A stretch of DNA of 63,346 nt from Candidatus Micrarchaeota archaeon (GTDB taxonomy: Archaea > Micrarchaeota > Micrarchaeia > Anstonellales > Bilamarchaeaceae): assembly GCA_037447235.1 (NCBI GenBank), contig JBBIHC010000004.1, positions 22,089 through 85,434 on the forward strand, read 5' to 3'. Within the stretch, counting starts at the first letter, position 1, and each line of letters opens with the position of its first letter. The translations under genes were made by a program, and so were the position numbers. The notes under the pieces are model-generated. The model was not told the DNA's origin, ran no database searches, and saw only the letters and a list, made by a program, of their open reading frames with translations. Below are positions 9,073 to 18,486 of this stretch, piece after piece.

Positions 9073-9957
9073 TTACAGGTCTTTAACATCTTCTATTGCG
9101 CTTTTGCCAGTGAGCATCTCGTACGTCCGCAGATAAAGCCCTGATGTTTTTTTGACTACCTCATTCGGCAATTCTGGCGGCGGCGGATTTTTGTTCCAGC
9201 CGGTGCTTTCAAGGAAATCGCGGACATACTGCTTGTCCATGCTTGCGAGATTCCCTTTTTCGTATTCTTCTTTGAGCCAATACCTGCTGGAGTCCGGCGT
9301 CATCAGTTCGTCTATCAGTATTATCTCGTTGTCCAGAACCCCGAATTCAAACTTCGTGTCCGCCAAAACCAACCCTTTCTTTATTGCGTAATCGTGCCCG
9401 TATTTGTAAAGCGCGATTGAGTAGTTTCTTATTTTTTCCGCGGTTTTTTCACCCAAAAGTTCCACGGCTTTTTCGTATTCGATATTTTCATCGTGGCCCA
9501 CATCGGCTTTTGTGGACGGCGTGAACAACGGCTCTTTAAGCCGGTCGCCGTTTTTTAGCCCTTCTTCAAGCTCTATGCCGCAAACGCTTTGCCGCTGCCG
9601 GTATTCTTTCCACGCGCTTCCGGTTATGTATCCGCGGACGACGCATTCTACCTTTAGCGGCTTTGCCGCCCTTACCACCATGCTTCTTCCCTTCAGGTAA
9701 GGCGGAAGGCCGCCCGGCAGCTTCGCTGTGATGAAATGGTTTTTTACCAGGCCGGTTGTTTTTTCAAACCAGAATTTTGACAGCATGTTAAGCACTATGC
9801 CTTTGTAGGGGATGCCTTCGTTAAACACCACATCAAAGGCGCTCAGCCGGTCCGTTGCCACCATAAGAAGTTTGTCATCGTTTAGCCTGTAAGTCTCGCG
9901 AACCTTCCCTTTTCTTACGAGATGCAACTGAAGGCTGGTCGTCATTACGACTTCCAT
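9073..9957 (-). CDS. purC: phosphoribosylaminoimidazole-succinocarboxamide (SAICAR) synthase
   Basis: 294 aa. The GKVRETY, DRLSAFD and LADTKFEFG motifs are present. Confidence 0.95.
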   Translation of the reverse strand: MEVVMTTSLQLHLVRKGKVRETYRLNDDKLLMVATDRLSAFDVVFNEGIPYKGIVLNMLSKFWFEKTTGLVKNHFITAKLPGGLPPYLKGRSMVVRAAKPLKVECVVRGYITGSAWKEYRQRQSVCGIELEEGLKNGDRLKEPLFTPSTKADVGHDENIEYEKAVELLGEKTAEKIRNYSIALYKYGHDYAIKKGLVLADTKFEFGVLDNEIILIDELMTPDSSRYWLKEEYEKGNLASMDKQYVRDFLESTGWNKNPPPPELPNEVVKKTSGLYLRTYEMLTGKSAIEDVKDL

Positions 9958-9972
9958 TCTGCCACCTTTTTG

Positions 9973-11331
9973 TCAGGATTTCGTTATTATCTGTATTTCT
10001 TCCGGGACCTTGTTGACATTGCCGATTTTTATTCCGACAAGGGTCTTTACTCCCTGTTTTGCAGCCAGGTCAACAAGCCGCTGCGTTATTATGCCGTCAA
10101 ATACCATCGTGTGGACATCCCTCAGTTCGTTAAGTTTTTTTATGACATCCCGGACCGGCACCTCGGCTATCAACTGGTTGGATGCATTGTACATCTTTGC
10201 GTTGAGGGTATTCCCCAGTTTCTCAAGTTCGGCAAGCAGGGCTTCTTTTGTCGGTATGATGATTTCCCTCGGTCCCTCCGGGCGAGGCGCCAGGAAGGGG
10301 CGTTCCGGAGGGGTCGCAAGATGCGGCACTTCCCTTCTCTTCTCAAATTTTTGCGCCGGCTTTGCCGCTTCTCTCGGCTCTTCTTCCCGTTGCGGCATCC
10401 TTTCCTCGGCTTTGCCCTGCGGCTCCTGCTCTTCGTACATCGGGAAAGGCTTTGGCTCTTCCTGATGCATCTCCTTTCTTCGCCGCGCCATCTTTGCGGC
10501 GCCTTCCGCCGTCCCCTGTTCAAAAGGCACCTTGTTCCTTATGCATTTTATCAGCTCCTTCCTTGTCAGTTCCTCAACTTCAAGGCCGGTCGGAGCCCTT
10601 GCGATAAAGTCGATTTCCACGCCCCCCTGTATGAGCTCGTTCAGTATTATGTCGCCGCCGCGGTCGCCGTCAAGGAATATCGTTACCTCCTTTCTTCTGG
10701 AGAGCTCCACTATGGTCTTCGGCACTTTCGCGCCCTGCAGCGCTATGACGTTTGTTATGTCGTTTCTTAGCAGGTTGACTACATCGGCCCTTCCCTCAAC
10801 CAATATGAGCTCGTTTGTTTTGTCTATGCCAGGCCCTGCCGGCAATCTTTCCGGCCCGTATTCCACTATCTCGGCTGTTTTTATCTCCTCCCTTATCATC
10901 TCGGTTATCTCCTTGCTTTCCGGTATCTCGGTCATTATCAGGTTTTTCAGCAGGTTCTTTGCGCGGCCGATCAGCGCCTTTCTTTTCAGGCTTCTCGTGT
11001 CCTCCACCTTTGTCACATCAAATTTGGCCTCGCACGGCCCCACGCGGTCCACGGTTTCGAGTGCGGCGGCTATTATGCACGTCTCCACCATGTCAAGGCT
11101 GCTCGGAATTTTTATTATTCCGACCGTCTTTCCGCCCTGCGGCCTTAGCTCAACCTCTATTCTCCCTATCCTGCCGTTTTTCTGAAGGTCCCGCAGGTCA
11201 AGCTCGTCCCCGAGCAACCCCTCAGTTTGCCCGAATATCGCACCAACGACATCCGGCTTGTCTACAAGCCCGTCCACCTCTACATTGGTGTAAACCAGAT
11301 ATTTTACCGTATCTATGTATGTTTTAGCCAT
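9973..11331 (-). CDS. dnaG: archaeal DnaG-type primase (TOPRIM) with low-complexity linker insertion
   Basis: Conserved N-terminus DVVGAIFGQTEGLLG and Toprim motifs LVEGRAD..FLDGDRGGD. I prefer the start at MAKTY (11331), which avoids overlapping the upstream gene. The longest ORF reaches 11361. Confidence 0.9.
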   Translation of the reverse strand: MAKTYIDTVKYLVYTNVEVDGLVDKPDVVGAIFGQTEGLLGDELDLRDLQKNGRIGRIEVELRPQGGKTVGIIKIPSSLDMVETCIIAAALETVDRVGPCEAKFDVTKVEDTRSLKRKALIGRAKNLLKNLIMTEIPESKEITEMIREEIKTAEIVEYGPERLPAGPGIDKTNELILVEGRADVVNLLRNDITNVIALQGAKVPKTIVELSRRKEVTIFLDGDRGGDIILNELIQGGVEIDFIARAPTGLEVEELTRKELIKCIRNKVPFEQGTAEGAAKMARRRKEMHQEEPKPFPMYEEQEPQGKAEERMPQREEEPREAAKPAQKFEKRREVPHLATPPERPFLAPRPEGPREIIIPTKEALLAELEKLGNTLNAKMYNASNQLIAEVPVRDVIKKLNELRDVHTMVFDGIITQRLVDLAAKQGVKTLVGIKIGNVNKVPEEIQIITKS

Positions 11332-11722
11332 TTTGCTCACCTTCCTCATAAAATTCTTCATATTTCCTTTTTATATCCTCAAAATACCTCAGCTTAAGCA
11401 CCTTCCCGAAAACCTTTCTCGTTTCGCAGTCCACTCTTGCGATGCCTTCCAGCTCGTCCGTTATCATTTTTGCCAGCTCATTGCCGGCTTTGTCAAAATC
11501 GGTCATCACGATAACAGTCCTGTCGCCTATCAGCTCACGGAGCTGGTTTTTTCTTCCGGATACCGCAAGGATCTTTTTGCAGCCAAGCGCTTGCAGCGCT
11601 GCCTTGTCCCTTTTGCCCTCTACAAGAACGAGATTTTCCTTTATCCGTGCCAGCGCTTTTTCAAGTTTTTTTATGTTTTCTGTTTTTTTCCTTTCCATTT
11701 CCCTTACCAAGGGATCTTGCAA
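11324..11722 (-). CDS. small Toprim domain protein
   Basis: 132 aa. LVLVEGKRDK and VMTDFDKAGNELA Toprim acidic motifs. Confidence 0.8.
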   Translation of the reverse strand: MQDPLVREMERKKTENIKKLEKALARIKENLVLVEGKRDKAALQALGCKKILAVSGRKNQLRELIGDRTVIVMTDFDKAGNELAKMITDELEGIARVDCETRKVFGKVLKLRYFEDIKRKYEEFYEEGEQNG

Positions 11723-11819
11723 GATTAGCAGGAGTGCTGTGCATTGTTGACCTTTCCTTCACGGCTTATAGCTCCGGAGGCCATCCATGCACAGCATGAT
11801 TATTACGCAGCATAGATAT

Positions 11820-12251
11820 TTATTGCAATGCTGCCTTTTCTTCTATCAGGTCTATTACCAGCGGGAATATCTTCATTATATCCCCTTCGCTTATTATCCC
11901 CACGAGTTCGTTGTACTCATTAAGCACCGGAAGCCTCTTTATCTTGTTGTCCCTCATAGCTTTTGCCGCGTCCTCCAGCGGCGTGTCCGCCTTTATGACC
12001 CGCAAAGGTTTTGACATTATTTCCTCCACCTTTGTTTTGTACGGGTCTTTTTCTTTCGTCAGTGCCTTGTGTATGAGGTCGCGTTCCGTTATTATTCCGC
12101 GCGCCTTTTTATTCTTGATATCCTCGACCACTATGACAGAGCCTATGTTATATTTTTTCATAAGCTTTGCCGCTTCCGATATGCTTTCCCCGTAAGGAAC
12201 GATCACGACTTTTTTTGTCATAATGTCTCCTACTTTCAAATCTGATCCCAT
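11820..12251 (-). CDS. CBS domain pair protein
   Basis: 143 aa. Two CBS repeats (GSVIVVED.., RLPVLNEYNELVGIISEGD). Confidence 0.85.
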   Translation of the reverse strand: MGSDLKVGDIMTKKVVIVPYGESISEAAKLMKKYNIGSVIVVEDIKNKKARGIITERDLIHKALTKEKDPYKTKVEEIMSKPLRVIKADTPLEDAAKAMRDNKIKRLPVLNEYNELVGIISEGDIMKIFPLVIDLIEEKAALQ

Positions 12252-12346
12252 GATTTACTATAATGCTATAAGGTTTTTAAAACCTGCCTAATTTTTTTCC
12301 GGCCGCCCCTGCGTTTAGTTAAACATTTAAAATTAGCATTTCTAAT

Positions 12347-13558
12347 ATGCTCATGGTAGACAGCGTAATACTTCTCATAATCGACGGCGTAGGGGATCTG
12401 CCAACGCCGAAAACCCCCCTGCAGGCTGCAAAAAAGCCGAATCTTGACAAGCTCGCCTCGGCTGGCATTACCGGGCTTTTTTCCCCAATAAAAAGAGGAA
12501 TCGTCCCGGGAAGCGACACTTCGCACTTGCGGATTTTTGGCTACGACCCGGACATTTTTTATCCAGGCCGCGGGCCCTTGGAGGCGCTTGGAATCGGGAT
12601 GCAGCTTGCCGAAGGCGACATTGCGTTCCGCGCCAACCTGGCCACCGTAAAAAACGGAAAAATAGCCGACCGGAGGGCAGGCAGGATAGCGACGGCCGAA
12701 GCAAGGGCGCTGGAAAAATACCTTAGTACCTCGATAGAGGGCGTAGAGATAACCTATAAGCATTCGGTTGACCATCGCGGAGCGATAGTTTTTCGCGGCG
12801 CTGGCCTCGGAGAATGCGTTTCTGACACCGACCCGCATGCTGTAGACGTTCCTATAAACAAGCCGGTTGGGCTTGACGGCACTGCGGAATCGCAAAAAAC
12901 CGCAAGAGTGCTGGAAAAGTATATGGCTTTTTGCACTTCAGTGCTCTCCGCTGCACCGGAAAACAAGGAGCGCGAGAAGGAAGGAAAGCCGCCTGCAAAT
13001 GCCCTGCTGCTGCGCGGCGCAGGCAGATATCGCAAAGTGCCGTCGCTTGAAATGAGGTTTGGTATCAGGGGCGTATGCATAGCGGGCGGGGCGCTTTACC
13101 GGGGCGTGGCAAGATATGTTGGGATGGACCTGATCATGCTTCCATCCGAAGAAAGCGAGAAAACGCTTTCTGGGAGGGCGCAGGCCGCCGTCAAAGCCGC
13201 CGAGGAATACGACCTGGTGTTTCTTCACGTGAAGTCCTGCGACAATGCCGGACACGACGGGGATTTCAGGAAAAAATGCGAGGCGATAGAAAAAATAGAC
13301 AAGTACGTCATTCCGCTAATAGCCAAGAGCGGCGTGAGCATCATAGTTACGGGCGACCATTCCACTCCGGTGTCCCGCAAGGAGCATTCTGCGCACGAGG
13401 TGCCGATACTCATATATAGCAGGGAAGAGCGATATGACAAGGTTAAAAGATTTGACGAGATGAGCTGTATGGATGGCGGGCTGGGGCATATCAGGGGAAA
13501 GGACCTGATGCCGCTCATTCTTAACATCCTTAAAAAAGCCGAGAAATACGGGAGCTGA
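12347..13558 (+). CDS. apgM: 2,3-bisphosphoglycerate-independent phosphoglycerate mutase, archaeal type
   Basis: 403 aa. ILLIIDGVGD N-terminus, DNAGHDGD and TGDHSTP motifs. Confidence 0.93.
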   Translation: MLMVDSVILLIIDGVGDLPTPKTPLQAAKKPNLDKLASAGITGLFSPIKRGIVPGSDTSHLRIFGYDPDIFYPGRGPLEALGIGMQLAEGDIAFRANLATVKNGKIADRRAGRIATAEARALEKYLSTSIEGVEITYKHSVDHRGAIVFRGAGLGECVSDTDPHAVDVPINKPVGLDGTAESQKTARVLEKYMAFCTSVLSAAPENKEREKEGKPPANALLLRGAGRYRKVPSLEMRFGIRGVCIAGGALYRGVARYVGMDLIMLPSEESEKTLSGRAQAAVKAAEEYDLVFLHVKSCDNAGHDGDFRKKCEAIEKIDKYVIPLIAKSGVSIIVTGDHSTPVSRKEHSAHEVPILIYSREERYDKVKRFDEMSCMDGGLGHIRGKDLMPLILNILKKAEKYGS

Positions 13559-13580
13559 ACGCTGAGGGGCGTGGAATATT

Positions 13581-14693
13581 ATGGCTGAACAAAAATCATC
13601 CGGCATAAAACAACTGCTGAATAACTGGAAGGCCGTGCTGGCTCTGATAGCAGTATTCATTCTTGTTTTTGAGCTTTTTGCAATGGGACTGCTGGGCACG
13701 CGCTCCATTTTTGGAAAACCACAGGAGAAGCAGGCGTATGGCGGGACTGAATTTCAGGGGAGCATAAGAACATATGAGCCGTTTTTGTTCATATCCTCAA
13801 CAGAGCAGCTTGGCGGAAACATCATAAATGAAATAAAAGAGATGCCTGGCGTAACGCAGCTGACTACGGAGACCGGCGGAACCATCATCCATCTTGACAC
13901 AAGAGATGATGTTTATCCGGTCGCAGTCGCCTTAAGGAAAAAGAACATAACTGCCTATTCGCTGGCGAACATCGCTGCTCCGGCCGAGGTGCCGGTCCTG
14001 CTGGAAAACGGCCAGGTTGTAAACGCGAGCTGGTCGATAGCTGCGGTCAGGGCTGAAACGCCGGCAGTAATACCGGTTGACAGCGAGGTCACGGTAAAGA
14101 TGATGGTCCTGGTCGAGAACAACAAGATAATCCAGTACGGGAACGCGATTATAAAAACGGATGAAAAAACGCTTTCTTTTGAGGGCGAAGTGCTGGATGA
14201 GAAGATAAAGCAGGTTTTTTATGTCCCCTGGGAAAAGCGCAATGATGTTGACGTGGCGTTGTTTGAGAACATGACTTTCAGCTATGAAAAAAGCAGCCTG
14301 GCGATTTTCTCTGAGGAGCTGCCCGTTGAAAAGACCGTTTTGGCAAGGCAGCTGGATTATGTTGTTTATGTAGACAAGAAAAGCGCGGTATTTGCCGATA
14401 ATTTTACCGATGCCGGGAGAGCGAGTGCGGACCTTGGCGTCCCGCTGGTGTTCCAGCCATCTTTGCTTACTGTTGAGGGCGGCGAAGAGGTTGAGCTTCC
14501 GTATAACAGCACGCGCTCATACCTGTATGAGATAAAAATATTGCTGCCGGAATACTACCTGCCGGAAGAGTTTCAGGTTTTGGAAATAGAAAGCAGGGAG
14601 CCGATAGCCGGGCAAAAGGTAAATATGTCGGCAATGGTTTCGGCAGTCGGCCCGGTAGTCCTGGACATCGAAAATGTGACTTTGGCTGGTTGA
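13581..14693 (+). CDS. hypothetical membrane-anchored protein
   Basis: 370 aa. Single N-terminal TM (AVLALIAVFILVFELFAMGLLG). No recognisable domain. Confidence 0.6.
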   Translation: MAEQKSSGIKQLLNNWKAVLALIAVFILVFELFAMGLLGTRSIFGKPQEKQAYGGTEFQGSIRTYEPFLFISSTEQLGGNIINEIKEMPGVTQLTTETGGTIIHLDTRDDVYPVAVALRKKNITAYSLANIAAPAEVPVLLENGQVVNASWSIAAVRAETPAVIPVDSEVTVKMMVLVENNKIIQYGNAIIKTDEKTLSFEGEVLDEKIKQVFYVPWEKRNDVDVALFENMTFSYEKSSLAIFSEELPVEKTVLARQLDYVVYVDKKSAVFADNFTDAGRASADLGVPLVFQPSLLTVEGGEEVELPYNSTRSYLYEIKILLPEYYLPEEFQVLEIESREPIAGQKVNMSAMVSAVGPVVLDIENVTLAG

Positions 14694-14749
14694 TGGCTTT
14701 TTTCTGCGACGGGCGGCGCATCATGCCGATTGCCAGGAGTTGCCTCTGC

Positions 14750-17700
14750 CTAACTGACCAGCTTGTTTGTTTTTGCCATCTCCTTTCCTTCTTCCAGCCC
14801 CTCCAATTTCACTGCAACGACCTTTGAGGCATTGTCCACCTTTGTCACACCGTAGACTATGTCGGAGTTGGCTATGACCGTGTCGTTGTGCGACACCACG
14901 ATGAACTGGCTGTCCTTGCTCATCTGTTTTATCAGTTGCACCATCCTTTTGCTGTTTTCCTTGTCAAGTGCGGCGTCCACCTCATCAAGGATGTAGAAGG
15001 GCGCAGGCTTGAAGAACTGCAGTGCGAATATGAACATCAATGAAACGATAGATATTTCGCCTCCAGAAAGCGCATCCAGCGGATACTCGTGGTTTCCGTG
15101 CCTTATCTTTATGTACAGGCCGCTTTCAAAAGGTTCGTTGGGCTTGTCAAGAAGAAGATAGCCCTGGCCTATGTTTATGTAGGAAAACATTTTCTTGAAA
15201 TTGTCGCTTACCCGGTTGAACGCCTCAAAAAACGCGTCTTTCTTGCGCTCTTCTATCTCGTCAATCATCTTCATTATGGCATTCCTTTCCTCGCTCAATT
15301 TGTCTATTTTCTGTTTTACCTCGTTTATCTCAGCCTCTTTTTTGGCGTAGGTTTCTATCGCGGCGAGGTTGACATTTGCCCCTATTTCGTTAAGCGCCTG
15401 CTCGGCTTCGGCCACCATTTCTATTAGCCTTTGCTTCGGCTGGTCGTCAAGCGTTTTGGCGCCGGCATATTTTTGAATTTCGGCTTCCAGGTCCCCGACA
15501 CGCGTGGCAGTAGCCGCTTTTTTTACTTCGAGTTGTGCCGCCTCTTTCTCCACAGCAGCCATTTCCCTTCTCAATATGTCGTTTTCTCCGCCCTTTTCCT
15601 GAAGCTTTTCCTCGCATTCTTTTATTCGTTCGAACAATTGCTCTATCTGTTTTCCCTTTGCCCTCATTTGTTCCTCTTCTTCTGCAAGCTGCCGTTTCTT
15701 TTGCTCTGTTTCAGATACCGCGTTCTTTACTTCATTTTCGATGGCAACCGCGTTATGGGCCAGCTCTTCCAGTTTTTTTGTTTTCTCATAGAGCGACCCC
15801 TCAATGATGCTCCGCTCTTTTTTCTTTCCTTCCAAGGTGGCGCGAAGGGTGGAGATCGTCTCGGCAAGCTCCCTTGTTTTCTTGTTGATCTCCTCGTTTT
15901 TTTCTCTTTCCTCTTTTTCAGCGTTTTCAATGGCATCCGCCACCTTCCCGACTTCAGCGCCAAGTTCCGCGATTTTATTCTGTATGTCCCTTATGAGCGC
16001 TTCCGCTTCCGCGATACCCCGCTTTATGTCCCCCGCTTCCTTTTCTATTCTTTCCTTCTTTTCCCTGGTGCGGTTCATCTCTTCCATTCGCTGTTTTATG
16101 CCCGCCTGGATGGTTTTTGCTTCTATCTCGATTCTTGACTTTCTTGCACGGAGTTCGGCTTCCTGTTCCCTTATGCCGTACAATTGTTTCATAAGGTCCT
16201 CTTTCTCTTTCTTGGCTGCGGCAAAAGCGTCTTCGAGTTTTTTCAGCTGGTTTTGGGCGAGTATCCCTGTTTCGGCGAATCCGCCGGAAATCGTTCCAGC
16301 CATCTCGTATATGTCGCCATCATATGTCACCATCCTGAATCTTCCGATGCCTGCTTTCCTGGCGTCATCGTGATTTTTGAGCAAAAGAGTGTCGCCGAAA
16401 ACATATTCCATCGCTTTTCTTAATTCCTGCCTGAATGATATTTTTGTTATGATGCGCTCAAATCCCGGAACACTTGCCGGCTCGCCCGACCTTATGCTGT
16501 CAAGAGGTATGAATGTGGCCCTGCCCGACTTCTCCTTCTTCAGTTTTTCTATGATCTTAACAGCCCTGTCTGCGGTATCAACGACCACATAGAGCAGCCG
16601 TCCGCCGGCCGCAGCCTCCACTGCGCGGGTCAGGGAGGAATCAAATTGTATCAGGTCGGCCACCGTCCCGTAGACCCCCCTTTCCTTTTGCTTTATCTCG
16701 TCTATGTACCTGAGGGCAGGATTCATAAGCTGCGGGCTTGCGCGTGCCCGGTATATTGAGGACTTTTCCTTGAGTTCAAGCATTTCCTTTTCCAGCTCGC
16801 CTATCCTCTTGTTTATCTCCTTTGTGTTCTGGAACAGCTCTTCAAGCTGGCGGCTTATTTCTTCCGCTTCTGCCGTCATTTCTTCTATGTTTCCTTCTCC
16901 ACTTCCATGAATTTCGCCTGCAGCCAGCTCAGCCGCCTGTTTTTCAAGCATTTCGAGCTGCGCCTTTTTCGCTTTTGTTTCGGCACCTATCGCGGCGTTT
17001 CTTTCCCTAAGAGCCTGCAGTTCTTTTTCCAGTTCATCTTTTTTTGCCTTCATTTTGTCGATAGCGCCTGAGTCCCGTGTTTCGCCTGGTTTTGCATTTT
17101 TGGCGGCTTCAGCCAGCTCTTTTTCAATTTTATTTATCTCGTTTCCCAGATTTTCAACCAGCTTTCCTTCCCTTGCCAATTGCGTTTCTATGTCCTTTTT
17201 TTCTTTTGTTATTCTGCCAAGCGTTTCCCTCTTCTCCCGTATTATCTCTTCAAGGGCATTTATCCGCGCTTTAAGCCCCTCGATTTTCCTTATTTCTTCG
17301 GAAGTTCTCTGCTTTTTTTGCAGTTCCAGGGTTATTTCGGACTTCTCTTTTTTGATTTTTTCCGTTTCTGCGCTGTTTTTTTCCGTTTCCTGCCGGAGCT
17401 TTTCCAGTTTTTCCTCATTTTCCCTGCGCCGCGTTTCGTACCTTTCAAGCTCCTTCCTGCTTTTTTCCAGTTCTATTTTTATCAGTGTTGCTCTTGCGCT
17501 GTCAAGGTTTTCCTTTGATTGTTTGTACCTTACCGCAATGTCTCGTTCCTTTCCAAGTTCATTCAGGAACGCCATTCTTTCCCCAAGCACTATGTTTGCC
17601 TCGTTTATTCTGCCATCAACCGTTTCAAGTTCGGAAAGGGCTTCCTTCTTTTTTTGTTCGAAGTCAGATATCCCGGCCACCGCGTCAACTATCTGCCTTC

Positions 17701-18127
17701 TCTCCTTTCCGCTTATGTTCGCTATTCGCTGCACTTCCCCCTGCGCGATTATGTTCCGGCCGGAAGCGTCAAGGTTGTACTTTTTCAGCACCTCGAGGAT
17801 GGACGAGCGCGTCGTCCTTTTGCCGTTCAGTCGGTAGATTATCTTCCCGTCGTCCCTTATCGCCCTCTTTATTTCGTACTTTTCATCGCCGTCAAACTTT
17901 ATCCAGACCTCGGCAGTCCTGGAATTCACGTGAATCAGGTCCTTTACCTTTTTTGCGCGAAGCGATTTTAGCGAGGTTTCCCCCAGCGCAAAAACTATGG
18001 AGTCGGTTATGTTGCTCTTGCCGGCTCCGTTGGGCCCTGCCAGGCATACGACTCCAGGGGGCAACTCAATATTCAGGTTTTTGAATGACTTGAAGTTCCG
18101 CAATTTAAGATGGGAGATTCTTATCAT
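14750..18127 (-). CDS. smc: chromosome segregation protein SMC
   Basis: Walker A GPNGAGKSN, long coiled coils with a hinge, signature LSGGE, Walker B ILDEVDAALD. I prefer the start at MIRISHLKL (18127). The ORF extends to 18160. Confidence 0.95.
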   Translation of the reverse strand: MIRISHLKLRNFKSFKNLNIELPPGVVCLAGPNGAGKSNITDSIVFALGETSLKSLRAKKVKDLIHVNSRTAEVWIKFDGDEKYEIKRAIRDDGKIIYRLNGKRTTRSSILEVLKKYNLDASGRNIIAQGEVQRIANISGKERRQIVDAVAGISDFEQKKKEALSELETVDGRINEANIVLGERMAFLNELGKERDIAVRYKQSKENLDSARATLIKIELEKSRKELERYETRRRENEEKLEKLRQETEKNSAETEKIKKEKSEITLELQKKQRTSEEIRKIEGLKARINALEEIIREKRETLGRITKEKKDIETQLAREGKLVENLGNEINKIEKELAEAAKNAKPGETRDSGAIDKMKAKKDELEKELQALRERNAAIGAETKAKKAQLEMLEKQAAELAAGEIHGSGEGNIEEMTAEAEEISRQLEELFQNTKEINKRIGELEKEMLELKEKSSIYRARASPQLMNPALRYIDEIKQKERGVYGTVADLIQFDSSLTRAVEAAAGGRLLYVVVDTADRAVKIIEKLKKEKSGRATFIPLDSIRSGEPASVPGFERIITKISFRQELRKAMEYVFGDTLLLKNHDDARKAGIGRFRMVTYDGDIYEMAGTISGGFAETGILAQNQLKKLEDAFAAAKKEKEDLMKQLYGIREQEAELRARKSRIEIEAKTIQAGIKQRMEEMNRTREKKERIEKEAGDIKRGIAEAEALIRDIQNKIAELGAEVGKVADAIENAEKEEREKNEEINKKTRELAETISTLRATLEGKKKERSIIEGSLYEKTKKLEELAHNAVAIENEVKNAVSETEQKKRQLAEEEEQMRAKGKQIEQLFERIKECEEKLQEKGGENDILRREMAAVEKEAAQLEVKKAATATRVGDLEAEIQKYAGAKTLDDQPKQRLIEMVAEAEQALNEIGANVNLAAIETYAKKEAEINEVKQKIDKLSEERNAIMKMIDEIEERKKDAFFEAFNRVSDNFKKMFSYINIGQGYLLLDKPNEPFESGLYIKIRHGNHEYPLDALSGGEISIVSLMFIFALQFFKPAPFYILDEVDAALDKENSKRMVQLIKQMSKDSQFIVVSHNDTVIANSDIVYGVTKVDNASKVVAVKLEGLEEGKEMAKTNKLVS

Positions 18128-18213
18128 CGCCTTTCTTTCTCTAATTAATATTAAAAACATATCTCATTTATTATATCAATTAACGTCATTTGCGTAAATT
18201 AGGGTGGTGTTGT

Positions 18214-18450
18214 ATGAAAGGGCAACTTTCTGCTGAAATGCTGATTTTGATTACAGTAATCCTGGCCATAGTGGCGATTGCGGCCTACCAGCTTTTGAAC
18301 CAGGCAAGGGCCGCCGCCAGCAGCATAAACCAGACTGCCGGCACAATTATGGGCCAGACCCAGGTTTGCCAGTCCGACGCCGATTGCGCATCCCTGAATT
18401 GCCCGTCCGGCACGCCGAAATGCAACCTTGGCGTGTGCGAGTGCGTTTAG
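18214..18450 (+). CDS. small class III signal peptide (archaeal pilin-like) protein with Cys-rich C-terminus
   Basis: MKGQ/LSAEMLILITVILAIVAIAAY fits the prepilin-type K-G-Q cleavage context followed by a hydrophobic helix. C-terminus is CQSDADCASLNCPSGTPKCNLGVCEC. SD-like GGTGGTG lies upstream of the ATG at 18214. Confidence 0.65.
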   Translation: MKGQLSAEMLILITVILAIVAIAAYQLLNQARAAASSINQTAGTIMGQTQVCQSDADCASLNCPSGTPKCNLGVCECV

Positions 18451-18486
18451 CGGTATTTTTTAATTTATCCGCTTTATTATTTTTTT

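Noticed and set aside
12266-13708. Minus-strand ORFs (209 aa and others) overlapping apgM.
   Set aside because: They are antisense shadows. The apgM frame has the diagnostic DNAGHDGD and TGDHSTP motifs.
14750-18160. Many long plus-strand ORFs (for example 15431..16138, 15804..16373, 17055..17837, 17485..18084) inside the smc locus.
   Set aside because: They are antisense shadows of the E/K/L-rich coiled-coil codons. Their products are S/F/L/P low-complexity strings, and the smc frame carries all the diagnostic motifs.
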